Of a DNA stretch of 64,000 bases, positions 43,701-55,700 are shown in pieces (position 1 is the first letter of the stretch; each line of letters starts with the position of its first letter). Origin of the DNA: Podarcis cretensis (lineage: Eukaryota); assembly GCA_951804945.1 (NCBI GenBank), contig OX638151.1:33356001-33420000 (forward strand), written 5' to 3'. The notes below the pieces were generated by a model. The model was not told where the DNA came from and did not search any database. It saw only the letters and a program-made list of their open reading frames with translations. The translations under genes and the position numbers were made by a program.

Positions 43701-46700
43701 TAATTTGTATGTGGCAGTAAGTAGCCAAATATGCAAGGTTTTCTCCTAAATTTTGATATTTTCTTAGGCATTTGAAACCTATCACACACCCTAGTGTAAT
43801 GTCTTCAGTGTTAAAAGTCCGCATGGACGCAGTCAGCTAAGCAATGTAGCCAGAGACTAGATGCTATATAGCACCTGCTCCAATTATTTACTATCAACAT
43901 GGATTTTTGCATCTCCCAGTTCTCCCGCTCTCTTTACTACATGTCAAGATTCTTTCACTTTCAAGGACTTTTCTGAAACACATTGGGTAGAAAAAGAATA
44001 GGCACTGAATTTATTCCCAGGACCACCCTTTCTGAGGGCTGGAATGATTCAGACACTAACAAACCCTACAAGGTTAGATTACTGCAATATGCTACCTCTG
44101 AAGAAGGCTGCCTCTGAAGATGGCTCAGAAACTTCAGCTGATGCAGAATTTGGTGGCCAGATTGCTCACTGGTGCATGATGGTTTGATCATATTACACCA
44201 TTCCTGGCCCGACTCCGGTGGGTTCTAATTAGCTTCCCAGTTCAAAGTGCCTTAAATGGCTCAGGACTGCAGTACCTCAAGGATTGCCTCTCCCCATATG
44301 AACTGACCTGGACCCTGTGAGCATCATCTGAGGCTCTTCTTTAAGTGCTACCGCCTCAAGAGGTCAGGAGGGCGGCAACACAAGAACGGGCCTTTTCTGC
44401 AATGGTTCCTCTTTCGTGGAATGCTCTCCCTAGGGAGGCTCACCTGGCGCCCGGTTTGTTTCATTTCCCCCTTCTTTTTATTATGTATTTTGTGGTTTTA
44501 TTCTGTATTTTTATGCTGTGAACTGCCCTGAGATATTTGGATGAAGGGCTGTATACAAATTTAATAAATAAAAATAATAATTTTTACATGGGTCTTTAAG
44601 TATACACTTGTTATCTGCTGCTTATTTCAATACCTCCTGATTACTTCAATTATATTGTGTTTTATTATTGCACTGATTGGCTTATTGCTTTGTGTACTTG
44701 TAAACATATAAACCCTGTGTACAGTTAAGTGACAATACTTAAAAATGCAATTTAAAGGTTACTGTGAGTTTCAAGTTACACGATTGCCACTTAGTGATGC
44801 TATTTTTTTGAGAGGCAAGATAAAAATATATTAAATAAATAAAATTAAAATAATAATAATAATTTTTCAGGAATTATATTTCATTGCATTTTTGTTTTGT
44901 TTTTCAACACATCAGTAATAAGCACATCTAAAATTAGTACTCTGCATGCATTCAAATTTCAGGAATGCACTCTTATAATTCATTAAACTCCTTTGGGCTT
45001 ATTGCTTGGTTGGTCTTTAACAGATAGCCACAGCTTATTTGATTATATTATTATTTATTTGATTATATTCAACTATCCCCTGTACAAAATTGGAATAAAT
45101 GGCATATTTTAAGGATGTATGAAATAAAAGGTTTTTTCTGAGTTTGAGTCGGTGATATAGCATTCTGTTGTTGTTGTTGCATGTAACACATGATTCTATA
45201 ATGCATGCTTCTACCATTAATCTATCGCTTTTCTGTTTTTCTGTTTATGCAATGCACCAATTAGCATCTGACAGGCATAAAGAGCTAAGTAATCTTAATT
45301 ATTGTTTTCTGCTTCTCTCATTGAACAGTTTGTTTGCCACCTCTGCACTGTATGTTTATGATCCCACTTCTCAATTAAAAGATTAAAGGTCAGTTCCTTG
45401 CTTCCCCAAGTCACATTAGCAATGTGATCAACAACTCCTGGTAGGAGAAAACAAAATATGGTTACAGGATGAAGTTGACTGCTAGAAAGCTTTCAAGTGA
45501 TTCACTAGCCACCCAAGCTACCCAGTAAGCAGTGAATCTGATACAGGCTGCAACAATATTCAGTCACAGAAGCTGCAACACTGGCTACACAAAACAAATA
45601 CTAATGGAATGAAAATAGGTACTGATCAGGACACATGAAATTCAGCATCCTGATGTCCACCTGTTGCTTAGATACTTCCTAACTGTGTCTCTCATTTTTC
45701 CAAAGCTGAGAGTGCAGAAGAGAGACTGAAAATGTCAATCTTTCATGTCAGAAAACAGGAAACTGACAGTTTAGTCAACAGATAACAAACACACTTATTT
45801 GGAAAGCATACTGACTTAAAAGTCAAGTAACAGAATCCAGGACAGGGATATAGAATGTACTGAGAGCTGGTTCAGTTTCTTCTAATGGTTCCTACTGAAT
45901 TATATGGGCAACATAACAATTTGGGATATTACAAGGAGGAATGATTTTAGACTTTATTAATATGAACTCTGGAGGATGAGGGGAAGAGTCAATGTGCACT
46001 GATATGCAGAGTAAAAGAAGAAGCTTGCAAGCCCATCCCCTTCACTCAGAACGCTGGGCATTTATGATGGTGATGATGATGATGACGACAACAACCATTT
46101 TTTTTCTTATACATTGCCCATCTGACTGGGTTGCCCAAACCACTCTGTGTGGCTTCCAACAAAAGTACAGAGGGAATGGGGAGTGGGGGGAGAGAAAACC
46201 CACCAAGCATTAAAAGTGTCCCGAAAGAGGGCTGCCTCCAAATGTCTATGAAAGGTTATAGAGTTGTTTAACTCTGACATCTGATGGGCAGGTGTTCCAT
46301 AGGGTGCATGCAACTACCATGAAGACCTTCTTCTGCCTGGTTCCCTGTAACCTCATTTCTTGCAATGAGGGAATCACCAGAAGGCCCTTGGAGCTGGACC
46401 TCAGTGTCTAGGCTGAGTGATGGAGGTGGAGATGCTCCTTCAGGTATACTGGGCCAAGGTCATTTAGGGCTTTAAAGGTCAGCACCAATATTTTGAATTG
46501 TGCTTGGAAACGTACTGGGAGCCAATGTAGATCTTTTCGGATTGGTGTTATATGGTCACGGCGGGCATTCCCAGTCTGGCAGCCATATTCTGGATTAATT
46601 GTAGTTTCCGAGTCACCTTCAAAAGTAGCCCCACATAGAGTGCATTGTAGTAGTCCAAGTGGAAAATAAGCAGAGCATGTGCCACTCTGGCGAGGCAGTC

Positions 46701-49700
46701 TGTGGGCAGGTAGGGTCTCAGCTGGCGTACTAGATGGAGTTGGTAGACAGCCATCCTGGACACAGAGTTGACTTGCATCTCTATGGACAGCTGTGGGTCC
46801 AAAGTGACCCCCAGGCTATGAACCTGGTCCTTTAAGGGCTGAGTAACCCTATTTGGGGAAGTAGATCTAATGACCACAATCAATTTTAAAATAAGGTGGA
46901 GGCAACTAACACAGCTGCAGGTATATGAGAAAGATACACTCGTTTTATTTGATTAAAAGGCAGAGTCCATCTAATTCTTAGGTGCTCTTTACCTCAAAGC
47001 AAATGCCTCACTGCTCTTTTCCTAAACATTTGTACAACTCGCTGATAAGATCAGAGAACTGAGAAAGAGAAGCTTTTCACGTCATGCACAAAAAGAAAAT
47101 CCATGGTTGCTCAAAACAAGTTAGGAAATGGTAGTGAAGATTAACCCTATAGCATCTCATTTAAAATACCGATGTTATTTTTTTAACAGACCAAAGAGGT
47201 AAACAAACGAATCTTCAGAGCAAATACATCTCAATGGAAAAAATACATTTTTTATTTATAATAACAATTTATAGATCCTGCATTTCTGTCAGCAGGACTA
47301 AAATGTCATTCTTTTGAAAGGTAGAAAATATAAAATTGATGGCAGCTCACTGCGTAGAACTTTTAACTTCAGAAAAGAGAAGCAATTTACTTAACAGCCA
47401 CCAAATGTAAGATTCTTTCTTGGAAAATATAGTTGGGTCATTCAGTGGGGGTCATTCAGTTCAGTAAACAATCTTGTTGGCAGGAGAATTAGATGAGCTA
47501 CATGCGAAAGGACACAAATGGTAACAAACCTGAAGCTCAGCCACTTGCTCAGCCTTATTGTTCTGTTCGGGATTGGAGAGATTTGTGAGACACCTCCCTT
47601 TAGACCAGGATTGTTAGGCCACAAATAAAAAAACATTTTTAGGAAGTACTTGACAGAGCAAGAGCCTACTTCTTCTACAGACCTAACTAGAAATAAGAAG
47701 AGGCACAGCCTCCTGCTCACTTAAATGGCGCCCCCATTTCTCCAGTCCTGCTTTATCAGGACCTCCCTTCCCTTCCCAAATCCACAAGGCGCAGGAGTTC
47801 TCTGTCCTCTCTTTCAATCCCAGCTCAAATTCCATCTCCCAGTTAAGTCTCTGACTTAAGCTCTTTGCCTTCACCTAACATTTCAAGAAAAAGACTAAGA
47901 TTTCAAGAAAAAAGAAGATATGTAAGACTGCGTCTGCACATATATATATGCCTCCATCTCTCCTTTCTTCCCTCTGCTGCCTCCGCAAAGTTGGAATGTA
48001 GACTGCAAACTCCTCAAGGCAGGGCACAGGGTTTTCTTTTTGTTATAGGACCCTGTACAGCAGCATGTATGTACATGGGCAGTGTGGCAGAAGTCATGTA
48101 AATCAGATCGGATTGATGTTTCTATTAAGTGGACAGAATTCTATTACCATACTGAAATGCAGAATTCCAACACTATACGCAAGGTTATCTCTAATATATA
48201 GGCCTCATTCTGTCATTTGGCATGCAGCCAAATTTCCATCCAACTGTTTAAGTCTTGTCTGTTGCAAAGAAAAGCCACAGGTGTAAGTCTTTGGACACAG
48301 CAACAAGCTTTCCATAATTATCACATAAATCCTGTTGAGATGCACCACTGGGCTTCTTTCAAGTCCCCTATGAATCTATTAATCTCAGTGGACAAGGGGA
48401 CTGTGGGGAGGCATGCGCAATGTACCAAACATTTTAGGACGCCAGTCTCCTCACTGTGGGTCCTTTGAAATGGGAAACTCATGTGAAATTCTCTGGAGAA
48501 TTTTAGTGGGATTGCAAAAGTTGTTTTGAATACTTAGTAATTTTGGGAAAAGGTTGAGGACTTCTACTTTGGTAGTTGCCCAAGTTCACACCCCTCATTT
48601 GGGGATTACAGAGAAATGTAACTGAAGGGAAGCAAAAGGAAAAAAAGAAAGATCCAGACACAAATGAAGCCAACTGCAAAGCTGAAATCTTGCCAGATAT
48701 TAGCCAGGCCAAAAAAGAAGGAACACCACACAGTGTTAGTAGCAGGAACACCTGGCTGAACAATTCATACCCTTATATTCATAAAGGCTGGTGTACGAGG
48801 GACAGAGCGTAGAGGTGGGGAATATGCACGGTTTATGGAATCACGGGAGAGGAAATTTTCAGCTGAGTTAACAGTCATGTGATAGATGTGCTCGAAGTTG
48901 CTTGGAGAAGAGATGAGATGGGAGTGATGATGAGAGGGTGGATAAGGGGAGCTTGGCTATCAAAGACAAGAGAGATACAGAGAGCGATACAGAGAGAGAT
49001 AGAGAGACAGAGAAAGAGACAGAGAAAGAGAAAGAGAAAGAGAAAGAGAGATAATGAGGGAGGATATCTGTGATCTTAGGAATACAAATCATGGAGCATA
49101 TGCTCATTAAAAATGAGGCTTGTAAATCAACAGGCATATTTATCATCTGCATACTGCCTGACCCATTTCCAGAGACTGCTTTTGTACATACACAACCACA
49201 ACCACCATCGTATTTTAGAATCTCGCTCTCCAAAGTACTCATTACTATCTTGAAGAGAGTGAGCAGTGGCATGTGAACTGCAGTCTAGCATATGCCCTTC
49301 TCCTGCCTTCAGACATTGACATGTACTACAAACATCACAGTTAATTCTTCCCTCCTGGCTCACCTTTGATCAAATCCTGTCCCCTCCTTCCCCCTACCAC
49401 CTGTGCTACTCAGAGTAGAGCTTCACTGGAAACTCACCTGCCCACAGCTTGCTTGAATTAGCAAATGGACTGAAAAAGGCATGATGTGTTACTAGTGACT
49501 TCTATGATGGCATCACACCTTGGGTAGTACAGGTAGGTCAGGCTGCAGAGGCTTTACTTTCACAGTCCCATCAGACACACACAAGTGGGCTTAACGTACA
49601 TGGTATACAAAGGACCAGACATTCTCACACAGCCAATTCAATCCCATGAGAATATGTGATGTACATATTCTACTGTACAATGGAAAAAAATGTGTGGTAT

Positions 49701-52700
49701 CTAAGTCATACTCAGAACAGACCCTTTTTAAACCTACAGATTTAAGTTAGTCATGGGTTAGGCCTCGGCCAAGTCAAGGACTTCATGTACCTTTTTTGTT
49801 GCAGGTTAGATGACAAAGTAGTTGTTGTATTATTATCCATTGTGTACACCTCCCAGATTTATGTGGTCTAGTTTTTGAATAACGTTTACATTTATGAATC
49901 TATAGCTTTTTCTCTTTTCCTCTTTCCTTTCATTCCCCTTAGTTAACAAAAAGAAAAAGTGTGAACATCACAAAAAGAAAGAAAATAAATCTTTTTCCAC
50001 ACAGGTAAACTAAAACCCTGGATAACTGCTGCCAATCTGTGTAAACAATACTGAGCTAGACAGACCAAATGTCCAACTCAGTATAAAGCAGCTCCTGATA
50101 TTCCTTATGTATTCCTGTATCTATATATAAATGTATTGTAAGCCTTGTAGATTTTTAAAATGTCATTTATTCAATACATAATTTAATAAAAGTTTACCCT
50201 GCAAAATCAGCTCCATCTAGTGGTAAAAAGCTAGATGCTTAAGTGTATGGGGTTTTTCTTTTTCTTAAAAAAAGAACAAGACTGCCTTTAAAACTATCTT
50301 AGAAAAATAAACTTTCATTCATTCGTAACAAAGAAGACCCAAGAACTGACACAAAATTAACAGTGAAATACTATACATGTCTACAGAGAAGCAAGTCTGA
50401 CTGAACTCAACGTGACTGATGATCATAGGACTAAAACAGTCAGATAAGAGCAATTTTCATTATCATCTCTTGCAAACATACAATGATCTCACATATCTTG
50501 ATGCAGCTAATCTTCCTAAGAAGCGCCACTTTCAGTAGGCATCCCCACCACTGGGAAACAACAGCCCTGTTTCTGAATGGTGCACTAGAATACATCCCTC
50601 ACTCAGTGTGCTGGGGACAGCTACAGTATACTAGAATAAAAATATGGCAATATAAAATCCAAGCCTACCTTCCCTAGCATGGTACTCTTTGTCTGAAAAA
50701 GAAAAAATATAGCTGGTGGCAAAATCCTACTCCCATTTTCTTATTAATAAACGAAACAACTGCAAACATTTGATTGCAAGGAAACACAGTATGGGGAGGA
50801 GTTACTAATGTTTTTGGCTCTATCCTCCTTCATGTACCAGTCATCCAAACATCTAGATACTCCGGGGGGGGGGGGGGAACAACCCTGAATGTACACCCTT
50901 GTTTACTAGAGCATTCGCAAACACATCAGTTTCCTTACATGTACCCTCAAATGTAGATCATGTTCTAATTTCAGTGATTTCCATGTAAGAGGAAAATCCT
51001 GTAGGAGATTTTGCTGAAGGACCAGCTGTTAATTTTTATACACTTTATTGAAGAACTCTTGCTTCCTACTTGCTGCTACCATGGAGCCCAATTATTCAAT
51101 TAGAACTGCATATACACAAACAGGAAGATCACCAGAGTTGCATGACCCATCAGGAAGGAAAACAGTGTATCACATTACACTGCCATCATATTTCAGACTC
51201 GTTACACACTGGCTTTGTTTTCATGTAATACTAAACCATGGTTTAGTGCTGTGTAGATGAGCCTGAACAAGCCTGAGTAATGAATCGGGCCCACACAATT
51301 TCCCCTCCTCTTCCTGTGCACGTGGATGATGACTTCCATGGGGTTTAGTTTCACTTTTACAGAACCTCGGTGTAGCATTTCATTAAAACAAACTCTGGAA
51401 AGTTTCATAATAAATCAACTTCAAATAATGTCTTATCCACATACCACAGGGCTCAGAATCCTTTTCTGGCTGAAGTTGACAGGTGGGCAGGGCCACCCAC
51501 CAGCCTATCACCTGACATCATAGTGACCTCAGGTGATGCCTCTCTTTGAAGCCCCAATTGTCAGGACTTCAAAGCAAACCATGGGGCTTTCAAACAGCCC
51601 TTCTTTAAATATCCTTGGGCAGGGGTGTTTATAAAAGGCTTTCAGACACCCTCCCCCTTCTGTGTGTCCTTCAAGCCACAGAGGCTTGTAGGGAATGTGG
51701 AGGGGGAGGAGATTGGAGGCAGGCTCCCATGTACTTGGAGGGCACCTCCACCTTGCTCCTTCATACTTCCAAAGTTTGAATGCCTTGAGCAAGACATGTT
51801 CCAGCAGCTGATGCGATGGGAACACGCCTTCAAACATCCCCCTCTGTGTGTCTCCTTTAAACTGCACACCTTGCTTGAACAAAGGAACAGCCGAGAGCTT
51901 TGGGTCCCCAGTTGTTCCTTTGATGTTCTGCCCTTACACACATAGCATGGGGGTGGCTTCTTGAAAATGGCCTTATGGGCCCAACAGGGAGGCCTGGTGG
52001 GCAACATTTGATCTGTGGGCTGGAGGTTCCCACCTCTGATAAAGCACTAAATAGCTTAATTTTGTTGTTGTAAAAATGGAAATATCTGCTGCAGTTGATT
52101 AATTTTAAAAACCATTAGCTTCAAACTAATTGATGCACATACCTTGGCTAGTATACAGAAATAGTGTCTTTGCATACTGATAAATCAGGCGCAATGTTTA
52201 ATTTTTACTGAAGTTTAATAGAAAAAAAATTGTAGGGACCCAAGGAAGTCAAATAATTTACTAATATGTTCCTACAAGCATTTGAATAGGATCCTCTTTT
52301 GCTTGTTTAGTTAGAATGATGGCAAATTTTAAACAGGCAAAATCAGCACAGCAACCCTAATGTGGGGAGAGCTGTCATTTACTATGTTGGCGGGAGATGC
52401 TTGAAACCTACAGAATCATGAAAATATGAGGAAGAGGACTCTGTGTCTGGTATATATCATGAGGGAAGACCACACAAAAGGGTAATCCTTTATACAGATA
52501 AATCCTGGGCTGGGAATTTTGCTGACTGCACATATGAGAAAATAAACAGTGAACTGTTTCTTAGCACCTGCCGTGATCCTCTCTTCTTTCATGTCCTCTT
52601 GTATAGCTCAAATAATTTAGAAAAATATGCGGGAAAAGAAAACAGAATGTTTTTGTATATACAGCAGGGAAGAACAGATAACATGAAGATCTGGAGAAGA

Positions 52701-55700
52701 AACAAAAAACTGGTGGGACACTTGTGTACCCTGCAGACAGAAGCAAGAACTTGGCCCAGCCTGTTATTTTGCTGAATAATGAACTTCAGGGCGACTCACC
52801 CTTTGGGGACCCAGGACACATTTAGAAATCTAATAAACTGTTGTGGTCACATTTCATAGGCAAATACGGTCAATGCTCAGAGCCCACCCCCCACCCCAAC
52901 AACAGGTAAAACACCTGCCAAACAAATACAACACAGACTAAGAAGCAGACCAGCCTTAAAAAAAAATTCCCCAACCAAAGCACCCCCCCAAAGAATTAAA
53001 AAAATGGGAGGGGCAGGTAGCCTGATTTCTGCATTTCACCAATGGTTGTAACTATTCAAGAACTATTGCGTAAGCTACCATGAGGTTACTGTGTGGAATG
53101 ACTTCCTTATCTGTATCCATTAATTAACGTAACTGTGGAACTGGTGTGTCCAACAGATATAGCCATTGACATTTAACTGTTAAACGTTAACCTTTATGGG
53201 AAGTAAACTTGGGCACTGCCAGTGACAGGTTCACCTTGTGGTATCTCTAGTTAAACTTATTTTAGGAAGAGGTCTTTCCAAGCACCTATTGTGTGAGAAC
53301 CTGGAACGTCACATCTAGGCAGGACAGACGAGTTGGCAAGATGGGAAAAGAACTTAAGGCAGCTTCCTATGTTCCTAAGATTTGTATTTCTCTATTTTTA
53401 TCACTTTCAAGCCCCTGCCCATGAAAGTCACTTTTTATTTCATTAAAACCTTCTAACTGTTCAACTCCAATTTATATCACAATTTAATGCCTATATGTTC
53501 ATTTTATCTACTATGTAGAACAATAACATCTATGTGTGGACACACTCTCATATACTTACCATAGGTAGATCTTTAAGGATTTGTATACCATCTCCTGGGC
53601 CCATGTGTGCTATGTGGTTAAAGTTAGTTGGATTAGAAATTAATTTATTTCTCATTTCTGGATCTCGTAGCATCTCCCTGCAAGAGAGGATAGCCAGGTC
53701 AGGTATTTTGTCCATGAGGATATTCGTAAAAATGGTGAAATATATATTTACATACATATTCATATAAGTTACTTTAAAACATAAATAAAAAAAAATATCT
53801 GGCCAGGTTTCAAAGGAGGGTAACTTTAACTTCTGGTGTTGATTCTATGCCAGCTCTCAGCCTGATGAAAGGGGAAAGGGTCGGGAAGAACAGAAGTTTG
53901 GTTTAAAGCCTTAAAAGCCCATGCCCGTAAAAAGTCCATAGGGCTACTGAGACTCAGAGAGGGAGTTGAGACAACATTCAAGAAAAGGTGCAGTTGCGGG
54001 CTCAGTGGTGACCTGGCACTGCAAAGATGGAGGCAGAGGTGAAGGACAGAAGAAAAAAGAAGAAGAAGAAGAATTAGAAGAATATTGCACTACCCTTCAC
54101 ATTTAACTGTCACAATAACTTTAAGAGTTTGTAAAGGAAGGTGCCATTCTAAACGCTTTAAGAGTTCTCTGCATCTTTGAAAAGCAGAAAGCATAAAACT
54201 AGCCAATCATTAAATAAGTGCTGCTATAATAGCTTTACAGAAAGAAAAGCAGATCTAGCTACCTTTACCAGTGAAAAGTTTGGCAATTTGAGAAGAAGGT
54301 CTGTTCTTTACATATGTCTTTCCTGCAGTTACATGTAAACTTCTATGGATGGAAAGAATACTTGGCCAGAAACACTGAAATATCAGTCCTGTGCTTACTG
54401 AAAACATTTTCTTAATATTCAGAAAGGTTTGTAGTTTTTTCATATACCCCAAGACACCATTTTCTAAGGTGAGCCATTTGTTACGTAGAAGCCACGCAAG
54501 GGGACAATTAAATAAAGAACATCTAAACACTGAGGAATGTTACAGAGTATGGGATGAGCATTGCCAAAAGTACAACAGCAAGTACTAGACTCTGAAAGTA
54601 ATACGTATGCATAATTAGTAATGTAATCCTCTTTTGTAAAAATGTTTATTAACAATCTTCATATATACAGTATATGCATACATACGCACACGCAAATGTA
54701 CATATATACAGTACATGGAGGCATGCATTCAGAAAATTACAGTAATTGTTTTGCACAAGGATTTAATTTTAAATGGACTAAATCTTTTAGATTGGTGTTT
54801 ATACAAAGTATATACAAAGAGTAAATGTAAGGGAAGAGAGACAAATGTCTGTTCTAACAAACCAAAAAAACTACATTGACAGCAGACAAACAAGTCTTCA
54901 GGGCCTACAGGCATGTACAGAAGACAAGTAGAGGTTGAATACCGACCTCCTCTGTTGCATCCTCTCCTCCTCAGGCACTCTGAATGAGTAACGGCGTTTA
55001 TTGTTGATATTTCGGACCATTTGCTTCCGGCTGTTATCGGATGTCTCGGGAACCACCAGCTCATCACCCTCTAGGAAAGATGCAAAAAACCCAGCAGGTT
55101 CCATATTAAGTTAATTAATAAAATGGTTAAAAGCGTATTAAGCTATGTATTTCCGCTATTCTGGGTTGTTATCTAAACAGAGCCCCTGGGAAATTATATA
55201 AACAAACACAAAAATAACGTAGGAAGAAGAAACTGTAAAACACTATTTCTGTCACTGCAATCCAATGCTAATTGTGTATCACATGCAAACATGCTTTTAA
55301 AAAGTTCACCCCCCTTTTTAAGTTGGGGAGGAGGCGATTTTGAGACATTAAGTACAAAGGGCGGAGGGTGCTTAACCTGCTTCCTTCCCACTGCTTCTCC
55401 AATTCCAAATTAGCCTTCCTCTGAGATTAAAACATGGGGGCAAGGGAAACAAAGTGGATTAGGGATGGCAATCTTTTGAGCAGCAGCAGCAAATAAGGAA
55501 AGTGTTAAGCTCTTCCCTACTTCTCAGCTCCCAAGTCACCTCCTTTCAAAGGAAACAAATGTATTGGGGCTTAATTAAACACATTACTGAGTTAACTCTT
55601 GAGTCTCAGTGGAATCCGTAGTGCTTATTTCTGAGCAGACAACTATATTTTAAAGCTGCATATATATAATGAATGATGTTTCGTACATGATCCAAAGTGG

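Noticed and set aside
44095-44140. ctgaagaaggc...ctgaagatggctcagaaac, hammerhead-like words
   Set aside because: I could not build consistent stems I and II around the core. At most a decayed relic.
47540-47610. Possible extra CDC42BPA exon (ctaaag|GGAGGT...TTCAG|gtttgt)
   Set aside because: 68 nt (frameshifting), poor pyrimidine tract, weak donor and no recognisable peptide.
48868-49272. 134-aa minus-strand ORF with [11 protein letters not shown] repeats
   Set aside because: Translation of the polypyrimidine tract. The real exon (48771-48956) is in another frame.
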